64,000 bases of DNA from Candidatus Micrarchaeota archaeon (GTDB lineage: Archaea > Micrarchaeota > Micrarchaeia > Norongarragalinales > SBBD01): NCBI GenBank assembly GCA_018819225.1, contig JAHJQN010000008.1, forward strand, positions 64,001-128,000, given 5' to 3'. The first letter of the stretch is position 1. Every line of letters starts with the position of its first letter. The notes under the pieces are model-generated. The model was given only the letters and a program-made list of their open reading frames with translations. It did not search any database and was not told the DNA's origin. The translations under genes were made by a program, and so were the position numbers. Shown in pieces: positions 10,076 to 19,037 of this stretch.

Positions 10076-10639
10076 ATGCCAGAGCGAATGCAGGTAACTA
10101 TTCGAGAAGCCACTCGCGAAGACTACCCCGCCTTAGCAGAAATCAAGGCAAGAACATTCAATGAAGGACCTTGGAAAGCCGGAGTGACTGCTGAAAAATA
10201 TGTCGCGGGATACCGTAAAGGCGAGCGGAGGAGCACGCGCATGCGACTCGTCGCCGAACAGGACGGAAAAATCGTAGGATTGCTGGAAGGATTTCTATCG
10301 CGAAGAATCGTATTGGAACTACCGCCTCACAAGAGAAAGGATTTGCCGACGCGCGTATTCCATCTCTCCAATTTTATGGTGAACCCCGAAGTTCCGGTTC
10401 GTCAAAGGAATCAGGTATCCTATCCCTTGTGGAGACAATTCCTTAGGAAATTAGAAGGACATCGCGGAATACAAATGCGAACCCTCATGGCAAAAACTCA
10501 TCCGGAAAACTTGCCTGCTCTCCAAATATTTCTGCATAAAGACCCCAAAAGACCCCCGCGATTTCATCACGTTTATACCGGACCCAAGTGGCCGAATCGG
10601 AGGGGAACAAATGTAGCATACTTTGTTCGAGTAGTTTGA
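10076..10639 (+). CDS. Arg-rich orphan, GNAT-like
   Basis: IREATREDYPALAEI and LVAEQDGKIVG resemble the GNAT N-terminal half; acetyl-CoA motif A poorly conserved. Confidence 0.55.
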   Translation: MPERMQVTIREATREDYPALAEIKARTFNEGPWKAGVTAEKYVAGYRKGERRSTRMRLVAEQDGKIVGLLEGFLSRRIVLELPPHKRKDLPTRVFHLSNFMVNPEVPVRQRNQVSYPLWRQFLRKLEGHRGIQMRTLMAKTHPENLPALQIFLHKDPKRPPRFHHVYTGPKWPNRRGTNVAYFVRVV

Positions 10640-10657
10640 TGCATCACGTGATGCATC
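10638..10657. repeat. Perfect 20-bp palindrome GATGCATCACGTGATGCATC
   Basis: Self-complementary; overlaps the stop codon of 10076..10639. Confidence 0.85.
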
Positions 10658-10824
10658 TCTTGCCAAACACTCAACCCCTAAATCCCAAGAATATCTATTC
10701 GACGTTTGTCTAAATTAAGTTCCCAGTTACTCCGATACAATGTTTCCAGCATTCTCCAACCTCATATGCCCATAAAATGGCTAAATCAACCCAAGTTACT
10801 AACTACAATAATAAAATGTTACTA

Positions 10825-10840
10825 CCGATAAGTTTATATA
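10825..10840 (+). promoter_or_regulatory. Putative BRE/TATA promoter of the five-gene membrane operon
   Basis: CCGATAAG followed by TTTATATA (10833-10840), about 43 nt before ATG 10883, in an AT-rich intergenic region. Confidence 0.55.
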
Positions 10841-10882
10841 TCAGGATTACCATATTATGATGTAAGGCGAAACGTGAGAGTT

Positions 10883-11257
10883 ATGACCAAAGTATCATTG
10901 CAGCAACTAAAAAGTATGGCGTCTAGTCTCCAACAGGAGCCCGAAAAGAAAAGAGACTACCAAATGTTGCCCATGTTTCTTCCCGCAGATATCAGCGACA
11001 AAAAGGGAACGGGAGTCGTCAAAGTCGTAACACGTCAAGGATTCATGAACGAAACCATTGAGAACTGGGTGTTATACAACACGTACCGCGGAGCCACCGT
11101 ATCGCTTGGCGTGCTAGCCTTGATGACGTTCCCGGTCAACGTATACTTAAGCGCGTTATTCGGCATTGGCGCGGGATTCGCGTACGGAAAATTCAAGTTC
11201 AAGGACTTTATTATCAACAAGCAGCTCCGCCACAGGTGGCTGCTCGAAGGAACGTAG
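10883..11257 (+). CDS. Hypothetical 2-TM protein A (paralog of 11966..12505)
   Basis: MLPMFLP...KVVTRQGFM...YL.A.F...AG shared with 11966..12505. Confidence 0.75.
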   Translation: MTKVSLQQLKSMASSLQQEPEKKRDYQMLPMFLPADISDKKGTGVVKVVTRQGFMNETIENWVLYNTYRGATVSLGVLALMTFPVNVYLSALFGIGAGFAYGKFKFKDFIINKQLRHRWLLEGT

Positions 11258-11271
11258 AAAGGTAAGTACCA

Positions 11272-11655
11272 ATGAACGTCAAGCCACCCTTTCATCAAGA
11301 AACACGGGACACGGAACTCGTCGGCCTGAAAAGCGTTCAGGGCGGTAGTCCGAACCAGCAAGTCCCCATGAAGACCATGACCTACCTTCAGGTCGACCCG
11401 GAAGTCCGGGCCAACATGAGGGGCTCGACGCGTTGGGACTACGTATCCGAGTATATCGGCTACTGGATTGACAACAAACGTTTCTGGGTGCTCGCCGTAT
11501 TGTTTGTGGTAGCGGGAGTGCTGTTATTAGACGTATTCGCACCCGTTGCGTTACTCATGATCGCCGTCGGCGCCAAATACCGAAACATTGCATGGATGGA
11601 CAACTTCATTTACTCGAAGTTCGGAGAATACAGATCGCTCGTATTGGTGGACTAG
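11272..11655 (+). CDS. Hypothetical 2-TM protein B (paralog of 12544..12852)
   Basis: STRWDYVSEY...W....RF...AV....AG motif; AAGGT SD-like upstream. Confidence 0.75.
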   Translation: MNVKPPFHQETRDTELVGLKSVQGGSPNQQVPMKTMTYLQVDPEVRANMRGSTRWDYVSEYIGYWIDNKRFWVLAVLFVVAGVLLLDVFAPVALLMIAVGAKYRNIAWMDNFIYSKFGEYRSLVLVD

Positions 11656-11667
11656 AGGTAGAAAACA

Positions 11668-11961
11668 ATGACCACGATTTGGACTGGAATAAAGGACCCG
11701 AAACCCCGAAGCTGGGTGGGCGGTGAACCCGTCTTGACGACGGATGCCTACGCCCGCGGCGGACCCGTACGGGATTCCAGTTGGATCGTGCAGTTCATGA
11801 GCCTCCTTGAAGATTTCACGCCCATCAAACCCGTACGCGGAGACTTGAACAGCTTCGAGGACGCGATGTTTCGGGTAGGCGTATTCGGTTTGTCTCAGCG
11901 CCAAACCTTCCTGCTCATCACCATCGGACTCGTATACGCGTTATTCGTGATCCTCAGGTAA
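11668..11961 (+). CDS. Hypothetical single-TM protein C with PrgI/VirB3-like motif
   Basis: DLNSFED...FGLSQRQ followed by C-terminal TM; GAGGT SD upstream. Confidence 0.65.
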   Translation: MTTIWTGIKDPKPRSWVGGEPVLTTDAYARGGPVRDSSWIVQFMSLLEDFTPIKPVRGDLNSFEDAMFRVGVFGLSQRQTFLLITIGLVYALFVILR

Positions 11962-11965
11962 TCGC

Positions 11966-12505
11966 ATGAAAAACCCAACGCGCATGCACAGTTTGCAAGC
12001 CATTCGCAACGCAGTGCTCGATGGCAAGGCGCATCCGCATAGTGGACACAAGCACGACCCCTTTTACGGCAGCAAAGATCCCCTTCCGCATGTGGAAGGT
12101 TGTAACCCGCTCATGGACGATTACTTGCGTCCCTCGAGTACTCAGGCCGCAGACAAGATGCCCGAACAAGAAGGAAAACGCTTAATGCCCATGTACTTAC
12201 CCGTTTCTGCGAACAACATTCAAGGAGACGGAACGCCCGTCGAATCCGCGAAGCTGTGGACCAGGGGAAAGCTCATGGACGACGTCGTTAATGAAGACTA
12301 TAAGAACGGGTCAGTGGGAGCCATTTACCGCTCGTACTTCATGGCGTGGGTATGCGTCGGATTAACATTACTCGGCTTGACCATTAGTCCCTACCTGGCT
12401 GCTCCGTTCGCGTACATGGCCGGACAATACTGGAGCGACAAGGACTTGAGCGTCGGCTGGAGTATCCAGTGGTGGAAAGGAAAGACGATTACATACACGG
12501 TATAG
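11966..12505 (+). CDS. Hypothetical 2-TM protein A' with His-rich N-terminal extension
   Basis: LMPMYLP...KLWTRGKLM...YLAAPF...AG; HPHSGHKH extension. Confidence 0.75.
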   Translation: MKNPTRMHSLQAIRNAVLDGKAHPHSGHKHDPFYGSKDPLPHVEGCNPLMDDYLRPSSTQAADKMPEQEGKRLMPMYLPVSANNIQGDGTPVESAKLWTRGKLMDDVVNEDYKNGSVGAIYRSYFMAWVCVGLTLLGLTISPYLAAPFAYMAGQYWSDKDLSVGWSIQWWKGKTITYTV

Positions 12506-12543
12506 GGATAACGGTGAAAAATACAAGATAGTGGTGAATCAAT

Positions 12544-12852
12544 ATGACGGACAAAAACTACGTGGACCATGTACCGCCCGTGCAAATGACGTCGGTACTG
12601 GCCGACACGAAACAACCGTTCTTGAACATGTCGACGAGGTGGAACTACATCTCGCGCTATCTCGAGATCTGGAAGGAAGGCATCCGGTTCCGCGGGTTCG
12701 CCGTCGTCTCGTTCCTAGCCGGCCTCGTGCTCATCCTATCCATTCCGCTCATGGGCATTCTCGCGTTTGCGGCGGCCGCGTACTTCTGGGAGCTATACAA
12801 GTTCCGACGCCACCGTCTCGAAAGCCAGAGGTCCATCATGATCGGACACTAG
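12544..12852 (+). CDS. Hypothetical 2-TM protein B'
   Basis: STRWNYISRY...W....RF...AV....AG; GGTGA SD upstream. Confidence 0.75.
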   Translation: MTDKNYVDHVPPVQMTSVLADTKQPFLNMSTRWNYISRYLEIWKEGIRFRGFAVVSFLAGLVLILSIPLMGILAFAAAAYFWELYKFRRHRLESQRSIMIGH

Positions 12853-12881
12853 TCCGAACTCTTTTCTTTTTTCCAGAACAA

Positions 12882-12950
12882 GGGGGAGCGTACGCTGGTT
12901 CCCGAAACCGGCTCTCACGATTCGCCTCGGCGCTCCCTCCCCATTTTTTT
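12882..12950 (+). terminator. GC-rich stem-loop plus T7 tract after the five-gene operon
   Basis: GGGAGCG/CGCTCCC outer stem, internal GCTGGTT-CCCGA-AACCGGC hairpin, T7 at 12944-12950; a T-rich tract also precedes it at about 12860-12872. Confidence 0.5.
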
Positions 12951-12952
12951 CA

Positions 12953-13540
12953 TTAGATATCCCGAATGTCGTATAATTCCACAAAAGACGGGCGACGCTT
13001 GTAAGTAACAAAACGAAAGGTCATGGCACCCAAACGATTCCTGATCAAATCGCTATTCTTAACGTTTTGAATGAACCGAGTCGCATTACGGATGATGCGG
13101 ATAACTTCCGGAGATTTTCGCAACCTTGTTCTCAGTTCTCTTGAAAGGAATTGCACACGCATTCGTCCCCCCTCGTCAAATACAGGCAACATAAGACCTT
13201 CGATAGGTAAATCTGACTTCGATGGCTTACTCAATTTGATAAAGAATCTCAATGATGAATCTAGCTGAGGTGGCGCATCAATGATTATTTCACCATCAAC
13301 CAATTTATCTTCATCCGCCGGTGTCGGGTGCATGATGGCGATCACATGTTGCGGGTTACCTTCTTCGAGTTCACGCATCCCTTTCCGGAGTACGGCTCGA
13401 ACCAGTTGTTGTACTCGCGCATCCCGTGAGGTTCGCAGACGCAGGGAATCGGATCGTTCTCGTGTTTCCCGACGACTGGCCAAACCTTTCGGTGTCAGAC
13501 GTTGTTCCAAATCACGCAAAACAACTGTCGGTCGCGGCAT
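12953..13540 (-). CDS. Arg-rich orphan protein (start uncertain: 13540 ATG or 13627 TTG)
   Basis: Long ORF, MPRPTVVLR start, no recognisable motif. Confidence 0.55.
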   Translation of the reverse strand: MPRPTVVLRDLEQRLTPKGLASRRETRERSDSLRLRTSRDARVQQLVRAVLRKGMRELEEGNPQHVIAIMHPTPADEDKLVDGEIIIDAPPQLDSSLRFFIKLSKPSKSDLPIEGLMLPVFDEGGRMRVQFLSRELRTRLRKSPEVIRIIRNATRFIQNVKNSDLIRNRLGAMTFRFVTYKRRPSFVELYDIRDI

Positions 13541-13623
13541 GGTGGCCCAGTCAAATCGTCGGTAGTGTTTCGGTGCGGCTTCATCCAGTCTAAATAGAAG
13601 TCGCGGTTGTCCCTCGGCATGTT

Positions 13624-13773
13624 TCAAATTAAATTCTCGGGGTGGTGGTATACCCTATAGGGGGATATCCCATAACCTTTACCGTTCGCCGTCAGTTCTT
13701 CTAATTGATGCAATGCCCACAATTTGGTGACGTGCGGACGTTCCCGATTGAATTCCATGGGCTGCTTAGGCAT
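13624..13773 (-). CDS. Short orphan ORF (49 aa, MPKQPMEFNRER...), possibly a gene remnant
   Basis: Strong GGAGG SD before ATG 13773; manual translation. Confidence 0.4.
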   Translation of the reverse strand: MPKQPMEFNRERPHVTKLWALHQLEELTANGKGYGISPYRVYHHPENLI

Positions 13774-13787
13774 GTTCCTCCTTCCCG

Positions 13788-14306
13788 CTAAAGTTGTTTA
13801 CGCCACCATTTAAAGTAAGCAACGAAATCCGGCGTCCAACGCGAAGGATCATTGCGAATCGATTGCTCGATTTCCTTCACAACCCGAAATGCTCCAGACT
13901 TGCACTCTTCCTTACTCAAACAAATTTCGCCGTGTCTCTTCTTTTTGTAATGCAATGAATACAATACGGCGAACTCCATCCAATTGTAATCCACGGGATC
14001 AAACATGTGAAGTTCCTGAAGCTCGTTTTCCTCAGCGGTTATGCCCAGTTCCTCTTTCAGCTCTCTCACCGCGGCTTGACGATACGTTTCCCCGATATCC
14101 ACATGCCCTCCCATACTGCTTCCAAAGCGCAACGGATGCGTGTCTTTGGATGCGGAACGCTGTTGAACAAACAACTCGCCGTTTTCATTGAACAAGAACA
14201 CGTGAACCGCTCGATGCCGTAGCAATTCCCGATGGGCGTCCTTGCGTGAAACACGTCCAATAACTTCATCCTTCTCGTTAACCAGCTCGAACATCTCTTC
14301 AACCAT
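13788..14306 (-). CDS. Nudix hydrolase, IDI-1-like subfamily
   Basis: HRAVHVFLFN, QQRS..K, GGHVDIGE...AAVRELKEELGI Nudix box. Confidence 0.85.
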   Translation of the reverse strand: MVEEMFELVNEKDEVIGRVSRKDAHRELLRHRAVHVFLFNENGELFVQQRSASKDTHPLRFGSSMGGHVDIGETYRQAAVRELKEELGITAEENELQELHMFDPVDYNWMEFAVLYSLHYKKKRHGEICLSKEECKSGAFRVVKEIEQSIRNDPSRWTPDFVAYFKWWRKQL

Positions 14307-14312
14307 ACCGCA

Positions 14313-15365
14313 TCAGTTTAGGAGTTTTACGTCCAAAACCACGTGATCCACGTGCGGCGCGTAGGTCTTTACTACGCGCTGGAAATCAATGCGATAGTCG
14401 CGATAATTGCGATTACATGCTTCATGCACTAAACGATGGGCCTCCTTGAACGCATCCATTTGTTTCGGAGGAATGAAATAGAAGTGAACCACACCTCCCT
14501 TACGCGTTGCAAGCAGTGTCGCATCCAAGAACTCGAAAGCGGAATGCGGCAACGGCATGATAACGCGATCGGCAAACCGATGAAAACGCTTCTTTTTCAA
14601 TACGCGATTCACATCCCCTTCCAAAACTTCAATTTTCTTTTCCATCCTATTTAGGAAAACATTGGCTTTCATTTGTTTTACTGCATCTGGATTCAACTCA
14701 ATGGCAACGACTCGTTTAGCAAAAGGCTGTTTCTTTACAAGAACAATGGGAAAGAAACCGGCTCCAGCAAATAAGGTAAGAACATTTTCCCCAGGCTTCG
14801 CTAGTTCGGCAACACGCAATCGCTCGAAAGAAAGACGGGATGAAAAGAAAATATTCGATAAATCTATATCAAACGCACAACCATTTTCTTTATAACGCGT
14901 TTTCAACCGCTTCTTTCCCGCAATCACTTTCACTTCCCGAACGCGATACTTGCCTATCGTAGCCGTGGTTTTCTTCGCAACCGTCTTCACGTGAGGATAC
15001 AACTCCAGTAGCGCTTTCGCGATGCGCTTCTCTTTTTTCACGAGCTCGGGCATGATCTCGAGAACCGCGATATCGCCTGCAATATCAAACGAGGAAACGA
15101 AGTGCTTTTCGACCTCTTGCGGAGTCAGCGTTCGATCCAACAGGAGTTTGTCCGTTAGGCTTAATGCCGCTTGTTTTTTCTGGAGCGTCTTATTCACAAA
15201 TGAGTGAGGGAACGGAAGTTCCGCTTTCTTTTTTACTGGAAAATAGAGATGATCCGCGTCCTTACCGATCCCGTACCCTTCCTCGAACAAGGAGTGCTTC
15301 TTGAGATATTGCTTAGCTTCTTCCGCGTGCCTGAATCTTACTTGAAGAACGAGCATAGATACCAT
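14313..15365 (-). CDS. Trm5/Taw2 (Met-10-like) tRNA methyltransferase
   Basis: FDIAGDIA, KENGC.F, FFSSRLSFER, LFAGAG, IELNP, DRVIMPLP. Confidence 0.88.
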   Translation of the reverse strand: MVSMLVLQVRFRHAEEAKQYLKKHSLFEEGYGIGKDADHLYFPVKKKAELPFPHSFVNKTLQKKQAALSLTDKLLLDRTLTPQEVEKHFVSSFDIAGDIAVLEIMPELVKKEKRIAKALLELYPHVKTVAKKTTATIGKYRVREVKVIAGKKRLKTRYKENGCAFDIDLSNIFFSSRLSFERLRVAELAKPGENVLTLFAGAGFFPIVLVKKQPFAKRVVAIELNPDAVKQMKANVFLNRMEKKIEVLEGDVNRVLKKKRFHRFADRVIMPLPHSAFEFLDATLLATRKGGVVHFYFIPPKQMDAFKEAHRLVHEACNRNYRDYRIDFQRVVKTYAPHVDHVVLDVKLLN

Positions 15366-15444
15366 GAACCCAACGTATAACCCATAAATCGGATAGTCAA
15401 ATTACAACGCTACGCTTATAAATTCTCTTTCCTTTACCCGCGTC

Positions 15445-16305
15445 ATGGCGAACTTCATCGACGAGTTCTTCTTGAATCCGATCCGTTACCCAGAGATTTA
15501 CGCCCCCTACAATATTGTGAACACCGCGGTTTACGCGATCATTGCGCTCGCAGCCGTATGGATTATCTACAAGGGACTCGAGCGCATGAAAATTAAGATC
15601 GACAGGCACTTTTTCTACAGCATCCTTGCGTTCGTCGTGTTCGGAGGTTTTCTGAGAGTAACCGAAGACGCTGACATTCTGCCGCGAACCGTTGAAATAG
15701 CGGGATTGCAGTTGCATCCGTTTGTGACACCCGGAATCTACGTACTCGTATTCCTGACGCTCGTTGCCGCCTTCCTGATCTTGAAAGCGTTGAAGACGCC
15801 GAAAGAAACGCTCTACCGAAGAATCGGGTTCGTGGGATGGGCGCTCGCCGCCATCACAATCGTATGGCTTTTGCGAACACTTGGCGGAAACGTATCCAGC
15901 GAACAAATCGCGTTCATGGTCTACATTTTATTATTAGCGGCGATTCCCGTACTCGTATTCGAGCTGATCAAGCGATGGGCGTACAACAAGCGCGCGCAAC
16001 CGGACATGAAGCGCATGGAACAAACCACGGTAGCCGGACAAGCACTGGACGGAGCCGCCACGTTCGTTGGAGTCAGCCTGGCCGGATACGGAGAACAGCA
16101 TTTGGTGGCCAACACGATTTTCGAGGCGTTTGGAACCCCGTTTGCATTTTATTTCCTGAAAATGGTTTTCGTCATCGGCGTCATCTTCGTTTTAAGGAAG
16201 GAAGTGCCGAGAAAAGAGGAACATGTTTACTTGCTCCTCCTGATTACGCTGTTGGGTTTGGCTCCCGGCATCCGGGACGCGATCCGCATCTTCTTCCAGG
16301 TGTAG
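15445..16305 (+). CDS. DUF63 family membrane protein
   Basis: YNIVNT..YA, LRVTEDA, FVTPGIY, LDGAATF.G, YGEQH, LGLAPG.RD. Confidence 0.85.
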   Translation: MANFIDEFFLNPIRYPEIYAPYNIVNTAVYAIIALAAVWIIYKGLERMKIKIDRHFFYSILAFVVFGGFLRVTEDADILPRTVEIAGLQLHPFVTPGIYVLVFLTLVAAFLILKALKTPKETLYRRIGFVGWALAAITIVWLLRTLGGNVSSEQIAFMVYILLLAAIPVLVFELIKRWAYNKRAQPDMKRMEQTTVAGQALDGAATFVGVSLAGYGEQHLVANTIFEAFGTPFAFYFLKMVFVIGVIFVLRKEVPRKEEHVYLLLLITLLGLAPGIRDAIRIFFQV

Positions 16306-16308
16306 TGG

Positions 16309-16752
16309 ATGGAAATCCCCGTGCAAGTAACGGAAGCCTTGGAAGAAAAACCCGAAGAGAAAAAACGTACAGGTAAAACACGTGAGCATTACAATAAACA
16401 AAAAAGCCAAGCGTATTCCTATTTCCGTATTCGCTCGGAAGACGCGGAAAAAATGCAGAACGCCCAGTTTACCATTTTTGATTTTATCACGAACTCGTTT
16501 GCATTCTCTCAAACTAAAAAGGAACTCACGGTACACGTCCTCGAGTCGCTAAAAAAACAGCCCATGACCTTCATTGAATTGCAGCGTTCCTTGAACGCGA
16601 AGAAAAGCACGTTGTACATGCTCGTGCTCGCGCTGCAACGCTCCGGCTTGGTTTCTCGAGCGGAGAAGAACGAGCCGTTGAAGCTCTCGAACGAGTTCGC
16701 GGACACGGTTCGAAAGTACGCGCAGTGGTGGGACGGCTGGCTCGAGCACTAA
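16309..16752 (+). CDS. Winged-HTH DNA-binding protein
   Basis: MTFIELQRSLNAKKSTLY...LQRSGLV HTH pattern. Confidence 0.7.
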   Translation: MEIPVQVTEALEEKPEEKKRTGKTREHYNKQKSQAYSYFRIRSEDAEKMQNAQFTIFDFITNSFAFSQTKKELTVHVLESLKKQPMTFIELQRSLNAKKSTLYMLVLALQRSGLVSRAEKNEPLKLSNEFADTVRKYAQWWDGWLEH

Positions 16753-16758
16753 ATTCGC

Positions 16759-18477
16759 CTATCGCTTGAAGAACACTTTTCCCCGTGTGAGCGGCCCGCG
16801 ATGATCATTGCGAATATCCAGAATAATCCAAAGCACGATACCGATGACGAGCGCGAACACCACTTGAGGAATAAACGCCTCCAGCTCCAACACCGCCACG
16901 ACGAACGGAAGCGACATGATGATGAGAAGCGTGCCAACGATGCGCGCCATACGCAAAATCGCGCTTTGCATCTTGCCCAACCCCATATGTCTAAGTGAAC
17001 GCGAGTGAACAAACGTCTTAAACTCGTATAATAACTCCACTAAAAGACGGTATCCTCCAAAGACGAGCAAAATGAGTGCAAACAGTTCTACGAGTCCAAA
17101 CAAGGGAATCGAGCTTCCGAAGAAATCGATAACATCGGACCCGAAAAGAAGCCATCCGAATGCCGCCAAACCAATGACCACGCTCAAAAATGCAATGTGA
17201 GGAAGCGTGCGTTCAAACATGCGTTCCATTCGCATGAACAACGGACCGCCGGGCTCGAAGAACTCGCACACCGCACATAAGTAATGTGAAATCACGCGAC
17301 CCGTCTTGCGGACCGGACGCGGCATGATACGATCGATCACGCGATGAACCGTGGAAACGCGGTCCAACGTAAAGGACGTCGAAAGGGAAGACAAGAAAAT
17401 GATCACGGACGTCACGCCCACCAGATCAAACGCACTCACGAGCGTAGAGCCTTCCTTCGCAATCAATAACGAGAACTCTCCCACGGAAAGCATGGCCATA
17501 CCCGAAAAAACCGCGGAACGGGCCGGAAAACCAAATAAGTACGAGCTCGTGCTCATGCCCACGAACTTAAACAAGAGATTTCCGAGCAATAAAATCGCGA
17601 TGATCCACAAGTCATTGTAAACGTTCGTGAAATTGACGAGCATACCCATGGAAATAAAGAATAAGGACGTAAACAGCACGGCAAACGGCGAAACGGCTTT
17701 CTCTAATATATCGCCGCGAGGAAGCGACGCGACCAAACTGCCTGCGAGAAAGGCTCCGGTAGCGGAATTGAGTCCGACCAGCTCGGCAATATAGCTTAAT
17801 CCGACCCCCAAACTTAATGCAGCGAACACCATGGATTCTTCTGCCCGATACGAAGTCAACCACTCGAATATCGGTTTCAATACACGGAGAAGAACGAGAT
17901 AGGCAATACCGAGAATGGCGAGCGAAAAAAGAATCGAGGCGAATAATTTAAGCGGAGTAAACGCGCCCGCACTTTTCACGCTTGAAACCACGGCCAGAAC
18001 GAATATCGCGAAAACGTCCTCGAAGATGAGCGTGGCGACGAGTATGGGAACCTCCTGCTTATTTATGAGCGATTTTTGTTCGAGAATACGTACCACGAAC
18101 GCGGTACTCGTGATAGCCAGAATCACGCCGACGAGAAGCGCCGTAAGCGTTTGGAGGCCCAACGCCAACGCCAACCAATAACTTAAGAAGAACACCATGG
18201 CCAGCTTGAACATGGCGATCAGCAAGACCTTGATGCCTAAACGCATGAGTTTCGAGACGCTGAATTGAACGCCGATGGTGAACAGGAGCAGCACGGCTCC
18301 TATCTCAGCGAAAAGATTCACGGTCTCCGATTGTGAAATGATGCCCATGGTATTGGGTCCGACCAACGCACCGATAAGCAGCAGACCCAACACGGCGGGT
18401 TGGCGAAACCGAATCGCCAGCATTCCTCCAATGGCCGCAAATAATATGAGTAAACCAATTTCCAGAAACGTACTCAT
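16759..18477 (-). CDS. CPA2/Kef-type cation:proton antiporter
   Basis: LAITSTA, LIFEDV, GAFLAG, FFISMG, SVGEFSL. Confidence 0.9.
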   Translation of the reverse strand: MSTFLEIGLLILFAAIGGMLAIRFRQPAVLGLLLIGALVGPNTMGIISQSETVNLFAEIGAVLLLFTIGVQFSVSKLMRLGIKVLLIAMFKLAMVFFLSYWLALALGLQTLTALLVGVILAITSTAFVVRILEQKSLINKQEVPILVATLIFEDVFAIFVLAVVSSVKSAGAFTPLKLFASILFSLAILGIAYLVLLRVLKPIFEWLTSYRAEESMVFAALSLGVGLSYIAELVGLNSATGAFLAGSLVASLPRGDILEKAVSPFAVLFTSLFFISMGMLVNFTNVYNDLWIIAILLLGNLLFKFVGMSTSSYLFGFPARSAVFSGMAMLSVGEFSLLIAKEGSTLVSAFDLVGVTSVIIFLSSLSTSFTLDRVSTVHRVIDRIMPRPVRKTGRVISHYLCAVCEFFEPGGPLFMRMERMFERTLPHIAFLSVVIGLAAFGWLLFGSDVIDFFGSSIPLFGLVELFALILLVFGGYRLLVELLYEFKTFVHSRSLRHMGLGKMQSAILRMARIVGTLLIIMSLPFVVAVLELEAFIPQVVFALVIGIVLWIILDIRNDHRGPLTRGKVFFKR

Positions 18478-18587
18478 GAATAAGCGCCTGACAAGAGGTA
18501 GGCTCCCATCGTATAAATAGTTATTCTCGAAACAGTGAAAGGCTTTTATACGTCCTCCAAGTAAAAGAAAAAAAGGTGTTTCCATTC

Positions 18588-18995
18588 ATGGCCAATAAAA
18601 AAACAAAGCTCACCAGGAGAACGCCTTCGAGCGCGTTTTCCGAAAAACAGAGAAATTCGAATTTATTGGGTGCGTTGGCTTACGTGCTGGGTGCCATTAC
18701 CGGCATCATCATGTATTTCGTCAGAAACAACGATCCGTTCGTACGCTTTCACGCCATTCAATCCATCATGTTCAGCGTCGCGGTCCTCATCCTGCACGTC
18801 GCGACCACCATGATATTGGGCGTCCTCACCATTCTCACGCTAGGCATCGGAATCATTCTCATCCCCATCATGTTCATCATCATCGGATTCGGTTCCTTCG
18901 TGGTCTGGATTTACGTGATGTACAAAGCCATACTCGGAGAAAAATACCGATTGCCCATTATTGGAGAGCTGGCGGACCGATATTCGGGCTCTTAA
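18588..18995 (+). CDS. DUF4870 family membrane protein
   Basis: GALAY, FVRFHAIQS, KA..GEKYRLPIIG. Confidence 0.85.
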   Translation: MANKKTKLTRRTPSSAFSEKQRNSNLLGALAYVLGAITGIIMYFVRNNDPFVRFHAIQSIMFSVAVLILHVATTMILGVLTILTLGIGIILIPIMFIIIGFGSFVVWIYVMYKAILGEKYRLPIIGELADRYSGS

Positions 18996-19037
18996 CGCCT
19001 CCAAGGATTTTTTAACCTCGGCCATTCATATTCCCAT

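Noticed and set aside
12531-12956. Alternative-frame 141-aa ORF over gene B'
   Set aside because: The 12544..12852 frame is supported by paralogy with 11272..11655 and by an SD.
10076-13773. Provirus or integrated element interpretation of the accessory region
   Set aside because: No integrase, capsid, packaging ATPase, replication gene or flanking direct repeats seen.
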